NCBI GenBank assembly: GCA_013239625.1
Contig: MU053561.1
Coordinates: 1,845,818-1,909,817, forward strand
DNA from: Lama guanicoe
Lineage: Eukaryota
Length of the DNA: 64,000 nt
Direction of reading: 5' to 3'
The position numbers and the translations under genes are program-made. Every line of letters begins with the position of its first letter. The stretch's first letter is position 1. This document shows, one piece after another, positions 25,701-37,700 of the stretch. The notes below the pieces were generated by a model. That model saw nothing but the letters and a program-made list of their open reading frames with translations, did not search any database and had not been told where the DNA came from.

Positions 25701-28700
25701 TTTTTAAAAAAAAGTCTTAAAAAATGGGCAAAAATTTTGAACAGACTTTCTTCAGAAAAGACATAAGCACAGGAAAAAGATGCTTCATCACATTAAACAT
25801 TAGGGAAATGCAAATCAAAATCACGAGATACAAATTCACACCCACTAGTGTGTAATTACACAGACAGGCAGTAACAGGAGTTGGTGAGGGTGTCGAGAAA
25901 TCAGAACCCTCACACATAGCCAGTGAGAATGGAAAATTGTGCAGTTGCTTTGGAAAACAGCCTGGCAGTTCCTCCAAAATTAAACCGAGATTCCACTCTT
26001 AGGTATATACCGAATACAGTTGAAAACATGTGTTCACATAAAAACTTCTCACAAATATTCATATCAGCATTATTCATAATAGCCAAAAAGTGGAAACAAC
26101 CTAAATGTTGTCAGCTGATGGACTAATACACAAAATGTGGTATATGCATACAGTGGAATGTTATTAACCTGTTAAAAAGAAGAAATACTGATACATCATA
26201 CAGGATAGGTGAACCTTGGAAACGTTATGCTAAGAGAAAGAAGCTAAACACAAAAGACTATATACTATATTTTATTTTCATGAAATGCCCGGAATAGGCA
26301 AATCCATACAGACAGAAAAATTGGTGGTTGCCAGGAGCTGGGGGAGGGAGGGATGGAGAATGGCTTAGCTAATGAGTTTAGATTTTCTTTTTGAGATGAT
26401 GGAATATTCTGGAATTAGATAGTGGTGTTGATTCCACAATTTTGTGACTATAACTAAAAACCACTGAATTGTATACTTTACAAGAGTGAACTTTATGGTC
26501 TGTGAATTGAATCTCAGTTTTTTAAAAAGGTTGCGAAGATAGTGTCCCAGTCTTCTTATATGCCTCATATATTTATATACATGAAAGATGACGCAGTGTT
26601 GCACGTGACACAGTAAGAAAACTGATGGAAATGATTTCTTGAATGATTTCATTGTCCTTCTAACCAAGTCCGTCATTCTTCTGGTTTCTTAGTATTCTGT
26701 TTTAGTCTTTTTTAGTATAGTTGGACATAATTGATGAGTAATGATAAAATAATTCTAGGATGATGGAAAAGCAAAATGCTTCAAAAAGATACAGGATACA
26801 TAGCACTAAATGTCTATGATGTATCATGGGTTTAGGAATGGGTCCAATGGACCAGCCTATATGGAAACTATAAGATAGAATGAGGTTTATTCTAATTTTT
26901 AAAAAATGAGATATGTCTTGTTCTTTGGGAAACCTCTAAGAAAGAATAAAAGTCATGAAATAGCAATCCTTCACAAAGGGTTAAGAACTTTTTTTTTTTT
27001 AATCTCAAAAAACTAAACTGGATCAAATGGATGGCACACTGAGGATTAAGGAAGTAGCACCTGAGCTGAATCTTGAGAGACCAGTATCATCAGTGAGGTG
27101 AAGGGAGGGGATGGGGACAGCGGAGCAGGACTTACGCATTCCAGGTTCAGTGACCTGGAACTGCCAGGATGGGAGATTATGTTAACTTGACTGACCAGCA
27201 ATATCCTGATCCTCAAGGAGAACTGATTGAGGGTCCCAGGCAGCGTCTACTCTGAGCCTGAAAGCAGTAAGGTCTTCTTTCTTGATGGAGGCTGTCTTCA
27301 CAGCCTGGAACAGTACTGAGCGCTGCTGCCGCCTGCTTCATTACTTCCTTATTTCTCACAGAATGTTTGGCTTTTCTCACACAGGCTACTTACCGGAAGC
27401 TGCTACCTCTGTATTTCCCAAGGTCGTTGAAGGAGGAGAGTCGCTCGTTGCCATACCTACCTGCAGATATTGGAAACGCAGAAGGGGAGCCTGTGGTACC
27501 TGAACGACAGATTAGAATTAGTGAGAAACCTGGTGCCCCGGAGGGTGAGTTCTCCTTTTCTTAATTTCCCTCTTGAGGAAGCCAAGGGACTGATAAACAC
27601 CAACCACCAAAGGAGTAGGAAGTTCAGCCTGACCTCTGGGAGGCTCTCTATTAATGAACACCTTTAGATGAGCATCAAGTTAAAACCTGCAGAGGGCTAC
27701 GCATCTCTTTTTTATCACCAGTACTCAGATTTAAGTTAAATGGAGGGAATGATAAATGATTTAGCATCCGAAAATGTCTGTGAACCAAGCTTTGCTGGAG
27801 GGGGGCTCAGATACTTTTCGGGAGCCTCCAGTGGGGATAGTGCACCCTTGAAATGTGCTCAGCATCCTTTGGAAATCCTCACAGTTGTGACCCCTGCAAC
27901 AGAATGTAATTTTTCCTACATGGATAAAATGTATTTTGGATGACAAGGAGTGACGAAAAGCAAGACCAGTTGCGATGGCAGTGCTGGGCAGTGGGTGAGA
28001 CTAACTCATTAGCCGAAGGTTCCCTTCTGTCCAGCGCTCTCAAAGAGCTTGATTTGCATCTATGTCTCAAAAGATATCATTGCCGCATAGATAGAAGCTC
28101 TGTTAGGATATTGCATCTGTTCAAATAGATGCAAAATCAGCTTTGCTTGAGGGAGTGAAGATTCATTTATGGGTATTTTTTAAAAGCAGACTCGTCAAAG
28201 CTCTTGCCTGTCACAGTTTAAGGAGCAGTGACATGGATGTGAGGAAGTCCCAGCTGGGTGGCCCACCAGGCAGGGCTTCAGATGGCGGCATTGCCTTGGG
28301 AAACTCCTCATGGTTCAAGAGTTTTGTTTGTTTGCTTTTCTTTCTTTAAAAAAATTTTTTTTTGGTTTGTTTTAAACAGATCTGGTAAGGCAGTGGGGAA
28401 AACACGAAGAGATGATCCATTCCCAAGGGACTGGTTTCCGCTAGCCAAACGTAGAGTGAATTTCGTATGGATCAATCAGAAAGCCAACGTTAAGTTGTAT
28501 TGAGAACTGTAACTCATATGGACCAGAATGATTATGTAGGCATGACCAGCATAGAAAATCGGAATGCTAACTTACAATCAAAACATATTTTAGTGAATGT
28601 GGATCGTTCTCTGCCCTGCTGGTCCACCCATCTTTTATCGGGGGTTACCTGACAACAGGACTGAAGATTATGTGCCAACCAGTCAAGTGCTCCCTCCTTG

Positions 28701-31700
28701 AAGACTTCTGGATATATGATCCCAAACATGATTTTTCTTTATAATTCTCTTTCATTGGATGCTGTGCTGTAATCCGTCTTTAAACCCACCTTCAGTATAA
28801 TTGCTTCTATCTTTTTGTTTATGATTATATTCTGTTCTTTCCTTTCTAAGATTATACCTAGGTCACCGTGATTTGATTTCATGTTTTCCTAAAACTTCCA
28901 TTGCACATGGACAGGTGGTTTCTTTCATTATTTCAGTTCTTCAAATGCCCAAATCCGATTTCAGTTTTCTGTGCTCAAAAAAATAACCTTAACCCCAGTT
29001 TTTTGCACTTTCTTGCTGTCACTCATCCCTGTTGCAGCATTCACAGTCTGTTTGTAGCGTTTCCTGTCAAGCTTTGCCATAAGCTCTCTATTGATAGCAT
29101 TTTTGTTACAGACAACCAAGAAGAGGAGGATGAAGGCTTGGGAGTTGATCTGTCTTTCATTGGCTCTCATGCTTTTGCTCGAATGGAAGGAGATATCGAT
29201 AAGCAAAGAAGACTGATCCTTCAAGGACAGTTATCAGAGGCAGCCCTGCAGAAGCAGCATCAAAGAAAGTAAGGCAGACCCCTTTGCACTGACAGACACA
29301 TAAAGACACGAGATACAAAAAAGGGCCTACCTCTGCTAGATGATCTACGTGTAATGTGTTCTCATTTATTCTTCATGATGGTCCAGGAAGGAGGACATTA
29401 TCCCCACATTGCAGATGCAGAAATTCAGTTAATTTATCAGTGGTCACAGTTAACATGTGGCGAAGTCGATATTCAGATGCTTATCTGATTTCAGAGCCCC
29501 TACTCTTTCCACTACAATTGTAGTGCCTCTGGGTGAGGTTATATTCGAAAAGCAGAAAGTAGGGAAAGGGGAGAGCCGAGTTACAAAGTTTTCACTTAGC
29601 TTTACCGTGTTTGTAATTAAAGCATGATCTACGGTTTTATTAACTTTAAAAGAGCTCTATTTCTTCCTAATGTGTCCCAAGGACCTTATAAAGTCACTCC
29701 GTTTCTTTTAGGTGTTTTCTAAAGCAATTCTGAATGAATCTTTTTTGAAATATAAAGAAAAGCAGCTTTTGTACTTCTGGGTAAGCTTGTCCAAGGAGTA
29801 ACAAACAGTCCAGAAAGCTAGCTGCTTTTCAAAACAATGTAAAGGAAAGGAAAAATCATAAAGTATAACTGGTTAATATTCATTATCTTATAGGGTTGTT
29901 TGCAGGGGTAACATCTCCTGAGGTGGTTGTGAACGTTAAATAAGATAAAGTAATGAGCTTAGCACAGCATCTGGTACTTAACAAGCTCTTTAAATTGGTC
30001 ACCACTGTTTTCTTTAATTCTGAGCAAATTACGGTCTGTTTTACCTTTGAGCCTTGGTACTTACCCTGTTTGACTGGAGTATTCTCATCCTTCAGTTCCT
30101 ACGAATTCTCTAGGTGTCAGCTCAGAAGTGATTGCCTCTGGAGACTTGTCTCCCTGGAGATAAGTTGGAATAGATGGAATAGAGTCTGGGATCGATTCCT
30201 CCTCCTGTATGCTTTTTCTCACACCTTGTGCTTAGCCAAAGCACAGCCTAGCATTTATCACATTGTACTATAATGATGTGCGGCGGTTGTCGGTCTCCAT
30301 CTATAAACTGGGAACTGGACTAGATGATCTCGGAGTCTCTTACAGAATTAGAATTTTGTTTTTCCTGAGTCCCTCTTCTTCACTTCCTTATTTTTTATAA
30401 ACAAAAGCAAATTAGCCACTAGGGGGCACTAATGAACAGCTTTTCCAAAAGCAAGCACAAGCAAATGATTTGTTTCAGTGGTTTCTAAACTTGGCCATGT
30501 GTAAGAATCATCTGGCAAACATTTTTTTAAACACAGTAACTGAGCTTCCCCTCCCATGACTGGGACTTTGGCATCTAATACGTTTTAAAACTTTTTCACA
30601 TCATGATTCATGCGCTGCTAGGTTTGGGTATCTCTCTTCGACTAGGGAGAGCAATGGTTCTCAAACTATTTGGTCTTAGGTCCCCTTTGCATACTTAAAA
30701 ATTACGGACAGCGTCGAAGAGCTTTTGTTTTTACATGGCTTATACCTACCAATATTTATCATATGATAAATTATTTATTAATTCATTTAAAAATAGCCCA
30801 TTATGTTTTCATGAAAAATTGCCATTTTTTAGATTAGTGAGAAATGGCACTGTTTTACATTTTTGCAGATATTTTAATGTTTGACTTAATAGAACACAGC
30901 TGAATTCTCATATCAGCATTCAAACTGTTGCAATATGTTGTTTTGGGTGAACTATATGAAGAAAATCTGACCTCACACAGTCACATAATTGGAAAAGCGA
31001 GGAGTATTTTATGGCCTTTTCAAGTACTTGGGGATATTCTTTGATATTATACCATAACTTAATAAGTGGTAGTTTTATAATGTGCAGTTGTAATATGGAA
31101 TCTCAAACCGTATCTATGAATTTTTGTGGTGTTCTACCCTGCCCTTCGAGTGTATTTTATAATAGGAATTAATAGCATGATTTTATAACATGATGCATTG
31201 GTCTTCTGGAAAATCCTGACTCACTGAGTTATTCAGGTGTTCCAAATATTGACACATTATGTTACACAATATCAAAAAATTATATTTGACCACTGATCTC
31301 ATCAGAAAGGTCCTTAAGTATTAGAAACTTCTTAGCTTCTGGTGATGGATACAAATTTTCCAAAATTATATATAGCTTTTTAAAGCTCAAGTTTTATCAT
31401 TGATAACAAATACTGTTGATTGTTTCCTTGAAATGACAGGGTCACTTTATTTATTTTTGAGAAAACTTCGGCCAAATACTCATACTGAATAATCACAACT
31501 TGTCTGCCAGTGATTAGTTGAAGAAAAACGGGGTGTTCCATGAAAAGAAGCAGCTAGTGCAGCCTGCAAGTCAGACATGTAATGCTTTCCTTCAAGACAG
31601 CCTCGTGCTTCAGTCTGCAGAAGAGTTTTGTGTGGTCTTCCCATTTGGTGATGGGTTACTTTTAAAAAGATGTATTCCCAAGGGTTGATTTAATAAAATT

Positions 31701-34700
31701 AATAATTTTTACTTCCTCATCAGAGATGTTCCTAACTAAAACTGTCTTTTGTTTCTTCTGTGAGCATTCTGACGAGGAAGAACACGGTGGCCACCAGCAC
31801 AGCCTGTGCTTCCACCTTGATTTGTGCTACGGCAGTAGTCGTTTCACCCGGCTGTTGCTTTTGCACCATCAGTGCAAACTTCAACACAGTGAAAAAGCAA
31901 ACGAGGTTTCGGTATTGTTATGAAAATAATTTTGACCTTGCACATCCCCTGAAATAGTCGTGGGACTGTGGACCACACTTTGAGAGCCACTGGTCCGTGG
32001 TCTGTCAGCAGTGCTTTATTGTTGAAAGGAATTGTAGTAATCATCTGATAGAGCTTTCTGAAGCGGTCTGTGCAGTCTGTAAGGATTAGCATCACCGGAG
32101 ATGCTTGCTAAGATTCATAGGCCCCACAGTGTACTTCCTGAATCAGACGCTGTGTGGGAAGGGCTCAGGAATCTGCCTTCTAAGGTTTCTTAGGTGATTC
32201 TTTTGTACCTGATCTGGTCTGATCCCTTTAATTTACAGAAGGGTGAATTGATCCCCAAGAGTGGCTTGCCCAGAGTTACAGCTAATTGAGGAAGAGCCTT
32301 CAAGGTGGCCACCGCAGCAGCTCATCTTCCTTCTCTACCACCGCCTTCAGCCCACCCACACAACTCAACTTCAGAGAAGCTGGGAAAGGACCAGACGTGT
32401 TTTGTATTCATATACAGGAGCTACACTGTTGTCATATTTCTCAAATCAGTTCCCTGGTTCTCTCTTTATCTCTCTTGTCTCTTTCTTCCTCTCCCCTTGT
32501 CTCTCTGTCTCTCCCCACACACACGCATACGTGTACACACACACACACGCGCGCCTTTTTCATTGCTCCATGAGTGATAAGATAAAATGGAATTTTTTAC
32601 GTGTATGTTTGGACTGGATACTTGTATGTCTGTGTCTGTCTCCTTTTAGTAAGGAGATTTGTTTTAGTTAATAATGACTAATTCAAGCCACTGTTAGAAT
32701 GAATCTATATTCACTGAGTCCATGGTTTCTGGAAAAGGGTCCTCAGTAAAGGGATAGGTTCTAGGAAGGAATGTGAGTACAGTGTGTCCTTCTCGTTGGT
32801 AGAAGGCCATGATCTTGAGATTCAAATGAGTCACACAGTTGACAGTTTCCATTCAGTTCAAGAAACGTTGGATATTTACTCTGTACAGGATAATATTCTA
32901 GAACTGAAATACACAGGTGAATAAGGTGGTCCCTCTTGACTGGCACTTCATGAATGAGCCACGCTGCCTTCACATGTCAGGGTGGGTTCTGTACGGTGTG
33001 CTCTGGTTGTCGTGCACATCCAGCCAACACATAGCTGCAGGCTTGAGGGAGAGCACAGCCTGTGACTCCCCAAGCCTGAGCCAAGAAACAGAGGCTTGGC
33101 GCCACTACCACTCAGTTCCCCTGAGGGATGAGTTACGTCTGAAACAAAAGATTGTCAGATTACTTCAGAGTAATAACAGCAGGTCAAAAGTGTGGCCCGG
33201 GGAACCTAGACCCTTTCAGGGAGCCTGTGAAGCCAAAATTATTTTTATAATCTTACTAAGACTTATTTGCCCTTTTTATTCTCATTCTCACATTGTTCAG
33301 TGGAGTTTTCCAGAGACTGCTTCACGTGTGATATTGCAGTAGGTTAAATACAGACTAGATGTGAGAATCTAGTGGAAATTAAAGAGATTTGCAGAAATAT
33401 AATAGTGTAACTCTTCTCCCTCAATATAGCTTTTTTAATGAAAAGTTATTTATGTCACATAATAGATTTTCATTGTTTTCAAATTGATATTAAAAAATTT
33501 TTTTCTGTTTATTCCTAATGTGGTAAATATTGGTAGGTATGATTGACATAAACATAAAAGGGTCCTGAGACTCAAAAGTTTGAGAACTGATGACTGACTG
33601 GCTGGGAGTTTACTATAACTGAGCTATAAGTCATCTGCTTACATACATACATCTGCCATGTGCTAAATGTTTAAGATTGAAGGTTGTAGTTTTTAAGTTT
33701 TGTTTCTCTTACTCTTTCTAAATCAGGCTCTATTTATACACATTGAGTCTGGTTTTTGTATCTCTTAGGACTTAAGTAGGTCTTAAGGAAGTAGTATCTT
33801 TTTGAAAGTCTTCAGTTCTTCTTCAGTAATAAAACTGATGGTCACATGGATTGGCTATAGGGTCAGATCACTCCTTTCATAGCATTGCCTTGTCTCTGTG
33901 TAATAATTTTTTTAATATCTAAAATAATTATAGGCATATTGTCTAACTCATGATTAATGTTTCCAGGTCCTCCATCCAGTTGTGACACTACTTTGGGTGT
34001 ATCAGAAGATAGAAGTTGGCTTACTTACAAAAATTAGCAAGCAATCTAAATACTCTTTTCAAAGATACAGCTTTTAAAACTCTTAAAATTATCTTATAAT
34101 AGCTTTTTTCTTTGTCATTAGTGTTCCTTGGTTGGCTTAAGATCCAACTGCCTGTAACTCTTATGTCATTTCTCACAGTAAAAAACTTTATCTGATTCAT
34201 TATTAAATATTTGTTGAGCCCTTACTAATGTGCCAAGTGTTGAGCTAGAAACATAAGAAAGTGACATGCAGGGCAGATACAATCCCAGGCCTTGTGGATC
34301 ATAGGGTCTTGCAGAGGAGAGGAATGTTTAATTAATTATTATATGAAAGATCTATTTAAATTACGGGTACAATAACAGTATATAACAAGGGTTTTAACCA
34401 AGTCCAGTGTGGGACAGTTGCATAAAGTCAGGAAATGCTTCTGTTAATTCCAAAGCTGAAATTTTCCTTGGTTGTACACAAATGGATTAATTACTGGACT
34501 TCTAAGAGTAATTTAGCTTAAGTTTTTATCATTCAACTTGCAGCTATGCAGACGGATAATTTATTGACTAGAAGAAATTGCCTGGTATTAGATTTGTGAG
34601 GACAGCATCCAACATTAGTTGACTGCAGCCTATTGAGAAATTATCTGCTCAATATTTCTGCCTTGCGAGCTCTGTAGTGGCTACTTTTGCTGCCATTATG

Positions 34701-37700
34701 ATATATTTTGTGTGACTGCTCACTCATGATTATTATATTTTACTCATCAAGTAATAGAAATGTGTTTATTTGGAATAAGCTGTAGGAAAATAATAAACCA
34801 TTTTGTGGGGTTTTTTAAGCTTTTGATTGTTGGATTAGAATGAAAGAGTACATCTTCATTGAAATAAAACGCAGAAACGACAGCAAAAAGTGAGGTGCAG
34901 TTTATCAGAGACAAAACAGAAGATTTAAAATCTTCTTTGAATAGATGAGGGGAACAGGGAAAGCATAGTTTCTCTATTGGATGAGGAGATAAAGCTGGCA
35001 CCTTTGGTTTTATTTCCTCCTTCCAAATACTGACTTAAAAGAAAAGAAAACTTGAGTAAATAATCAAATCAAATTTACACAATCTATAGTGGGAATGGGG
35101 GACACTTAATTAAAACAAGAAACCAGATGAAGATTGCAGTTGTGAGTTATTGCAATGGAATTCATCTCCGGGTCCTTAGAAACTGGAACAGTACCAGTGT
35201 CTCAGCAGTAATTTTAAACCTTTTTTAAATTATAAAGCCTTTAAGGGTCTGATGTAAGCATAAACCTTCTCCCATAAACATGTTCATATGGATTTTGCCT
35301 GTCCTGGGATCTCAAGTTATTAATCACAGATCAAGATTAAAGACATTTTAGACTTTACACTATTTCAGAGTTCGCACCATGGGCTAAAATTAATTTTAGT
35401 TGGATTAAGGACTTAAATTTAAAAAAAATTTTAAATTCATGGAAAAAGTTATAAAGTAAGTATTTTTCATAACTTGGAGAAAAGATGGGTTTCTTAAGAT
35501 ATTAAAAGCATTGACTATAAGAGAAAAAATGATTTTGACTGTATTAAAATAAAGAACTTTAGAAAATGGAGCAGTTAAGCTTAAAGAAAGTGAAAAGCAA
35601 GTTGCCAAATAGGAGTATTTACAATACATACAACTGGCAAGTGATTAGTATCAAGAATATAAAAAGAAATCCTACATATAAGTGAGAGAAGAACAAACAG
35701 CCCAATAGAAAAATGGGCAAATGCTATGAACAGGATCTCAGCATCATTAGCAACCACAGAAATGAAATACGTTTTCAAATCCAATTGATTGGCAAAGGTT
35801 GAAACACCTGCTGATACTAAGCGTTGACAAGGACATGGATTCATAGGATCTCCTATTCATTGCTTATAGAAGTATAAGTTAGTTCAAGACCTGTGGAAAA
35901 GAGGTTTGGCCTTATCTCCTAAAACTGAGCATACCCTGTAAAATAGTACTTCCACTCCTACGTGCCTACCCAAGAGAAATCATACACACATATACCTGGA
36001 GATAATGTAAAATAAGTTGATCATAGCACTGTTCACAGTAGCAAAAACCTGGGAACAGCTCAAGTGCCTGTCAGTAGGAGAGTAGGTGAAAACTATACTT
36101 TTTATATAGTATAAACACATGATATAGAATAGTCAAAAATAAATGAACAACATTGACACCCAACAATATAGATGAACGCTAGCAATATAATAAGTTAAAG
36201 AAAAGTAAGACCCAAAAGATTATGTACAGCATGATAAGCTTTTTTCTTTTTTGAATCGTTTAAAACAACTAAAACACTTTTTAGGGGTACATACAGATGA
36301 ATTAAAATGATGTAAAAAGGAAAGGAGGAAAATGATGAACTTGAGATCCCAGATGATGTGTGAGGAGAGTCAGGGTCTAGCTAGAATTGGAGGGAAGTGA
36401 CCATGTGTTAGATGTACGTTTTTGTGACGGTGCTGACTTTCGTTTTGGGTAGGTTTCAGAGTGCTTCTTACTCCATTAAAAATAACTCATTAGATGGTTA
36501 GTTTTTAAAGAGAACCACACATGTACCAGTGAAGAGAGTGTTGTGAACCAAGGGTGGTTAATTCTATTTTGTGCATCTGAGTTCCTGTTTAAAAATTGTT
36601 TTCTTTATAGAAACATGTAGTTAACTGAGTATTAGGAATTACTCTAGAGATTTGCTAGAAATATAGAAACAGCTAAGACATCGTCCCTATCCTGAGGTCT
36701 AACAGAGAAGAATTCTTGTGATACGAAGAAGCCAGCGGTTAGTTCTACAGCAGGTCTGGGCCTTGCCTCCCTGCCACCCCCAGCCTGACCCCTACCCCCT
36801 TTCAGTGTACAGACTTGATTGATAGAGTGTTTAGACATCTGCTGGATTGTTTGTCTCATTCTGTCTTGTTGCAACATTAATTGTCTTTTAATATGTCTAT
36901 CTCGTATATTCAGCATTAAACTCTGATGCCCAGGGCCTTTCATTCTTCTTCTCAGGACTCCAAAATACCTTGAGTAATTCTCATGTTTATTATTTCATTC
37001 AGCAAAGATTTGAGTTCCTGCTATGATGCAGGCATTGCATTTATGCAGTAAATCTTTGAAAAATGAGCTAATGAGTACACGAATAGAGTATAGAAATTAA
37101 CAAGTGTTTTTACTGAATTCCTGTTCCATGTTTTGTGCTATGACTTGTGATGCTTGTAAGATATTTAAGACATGTTATTCTATTTAGTCTTGATGTGGAG
37201 ATGACTTAATCATAAAACAATTAGAGAGCAGGACAATTGGGGAGTTAGTGTAAATAACCTAGGAAATGACTCTGTGTGGAATAGTACATATGAATAGGGA
37301 GAACTACAATAAACATACGTCCTTTCTTGACTTGCAAATTATTTTTTAAACTAAAATTAAAAGCTATTGTCTTTTAATTCAGTTTGTATAAGTGGGCACA
37401 TTTCTAAATTTAAAAAGGCAAACTATAGAACCATGCAATACTGTGTGTGTGTTTTTTTAACAAACAATAACAATTTCCATGAAACTAGTGGGCATATAAC
37501 TTATTGCTTACAGTCCATATTAATAGACTTCCTTCGTTGTGTGATTGTGCTTTACAGCTGAAAGATGGCCTACATAAACACCATTTTGCAGATGAGGAAA
37601 CTTGAGGTCCATAGAGGTGAAACGCCTTTACTAAGGTTGCACAGAAGGTGGTAGGATTGGAACCCAAGTATCCTCTCTCCTGGTTTAGTTTTTTTGTGTT

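Larger units (their letters stand above)
23660..26525 (+). mobile_element. 5'-truncated old L1 (L1MB-like 3' end) carrying two nested L1 inserts
   Basis: ORF2 RT peptide [20 protein letters not shown] (ORF 23833..24108); 3' UTR ending actaaaaaccactgaattgtatacttt...gtgaattgaatctcag. Confidence 0.88.

Noticed and set aside
30652..31992. Functional hAT transposase
   Set aside because: Too short and no long ORF; an internally deleted relic.
32261..33342. 136-aa and 141-aa ORFs as genes
   Set aside because: Non-ATG starts, overlap with MIR, microsatellite and Charlie sequence, and no recognisable domain.
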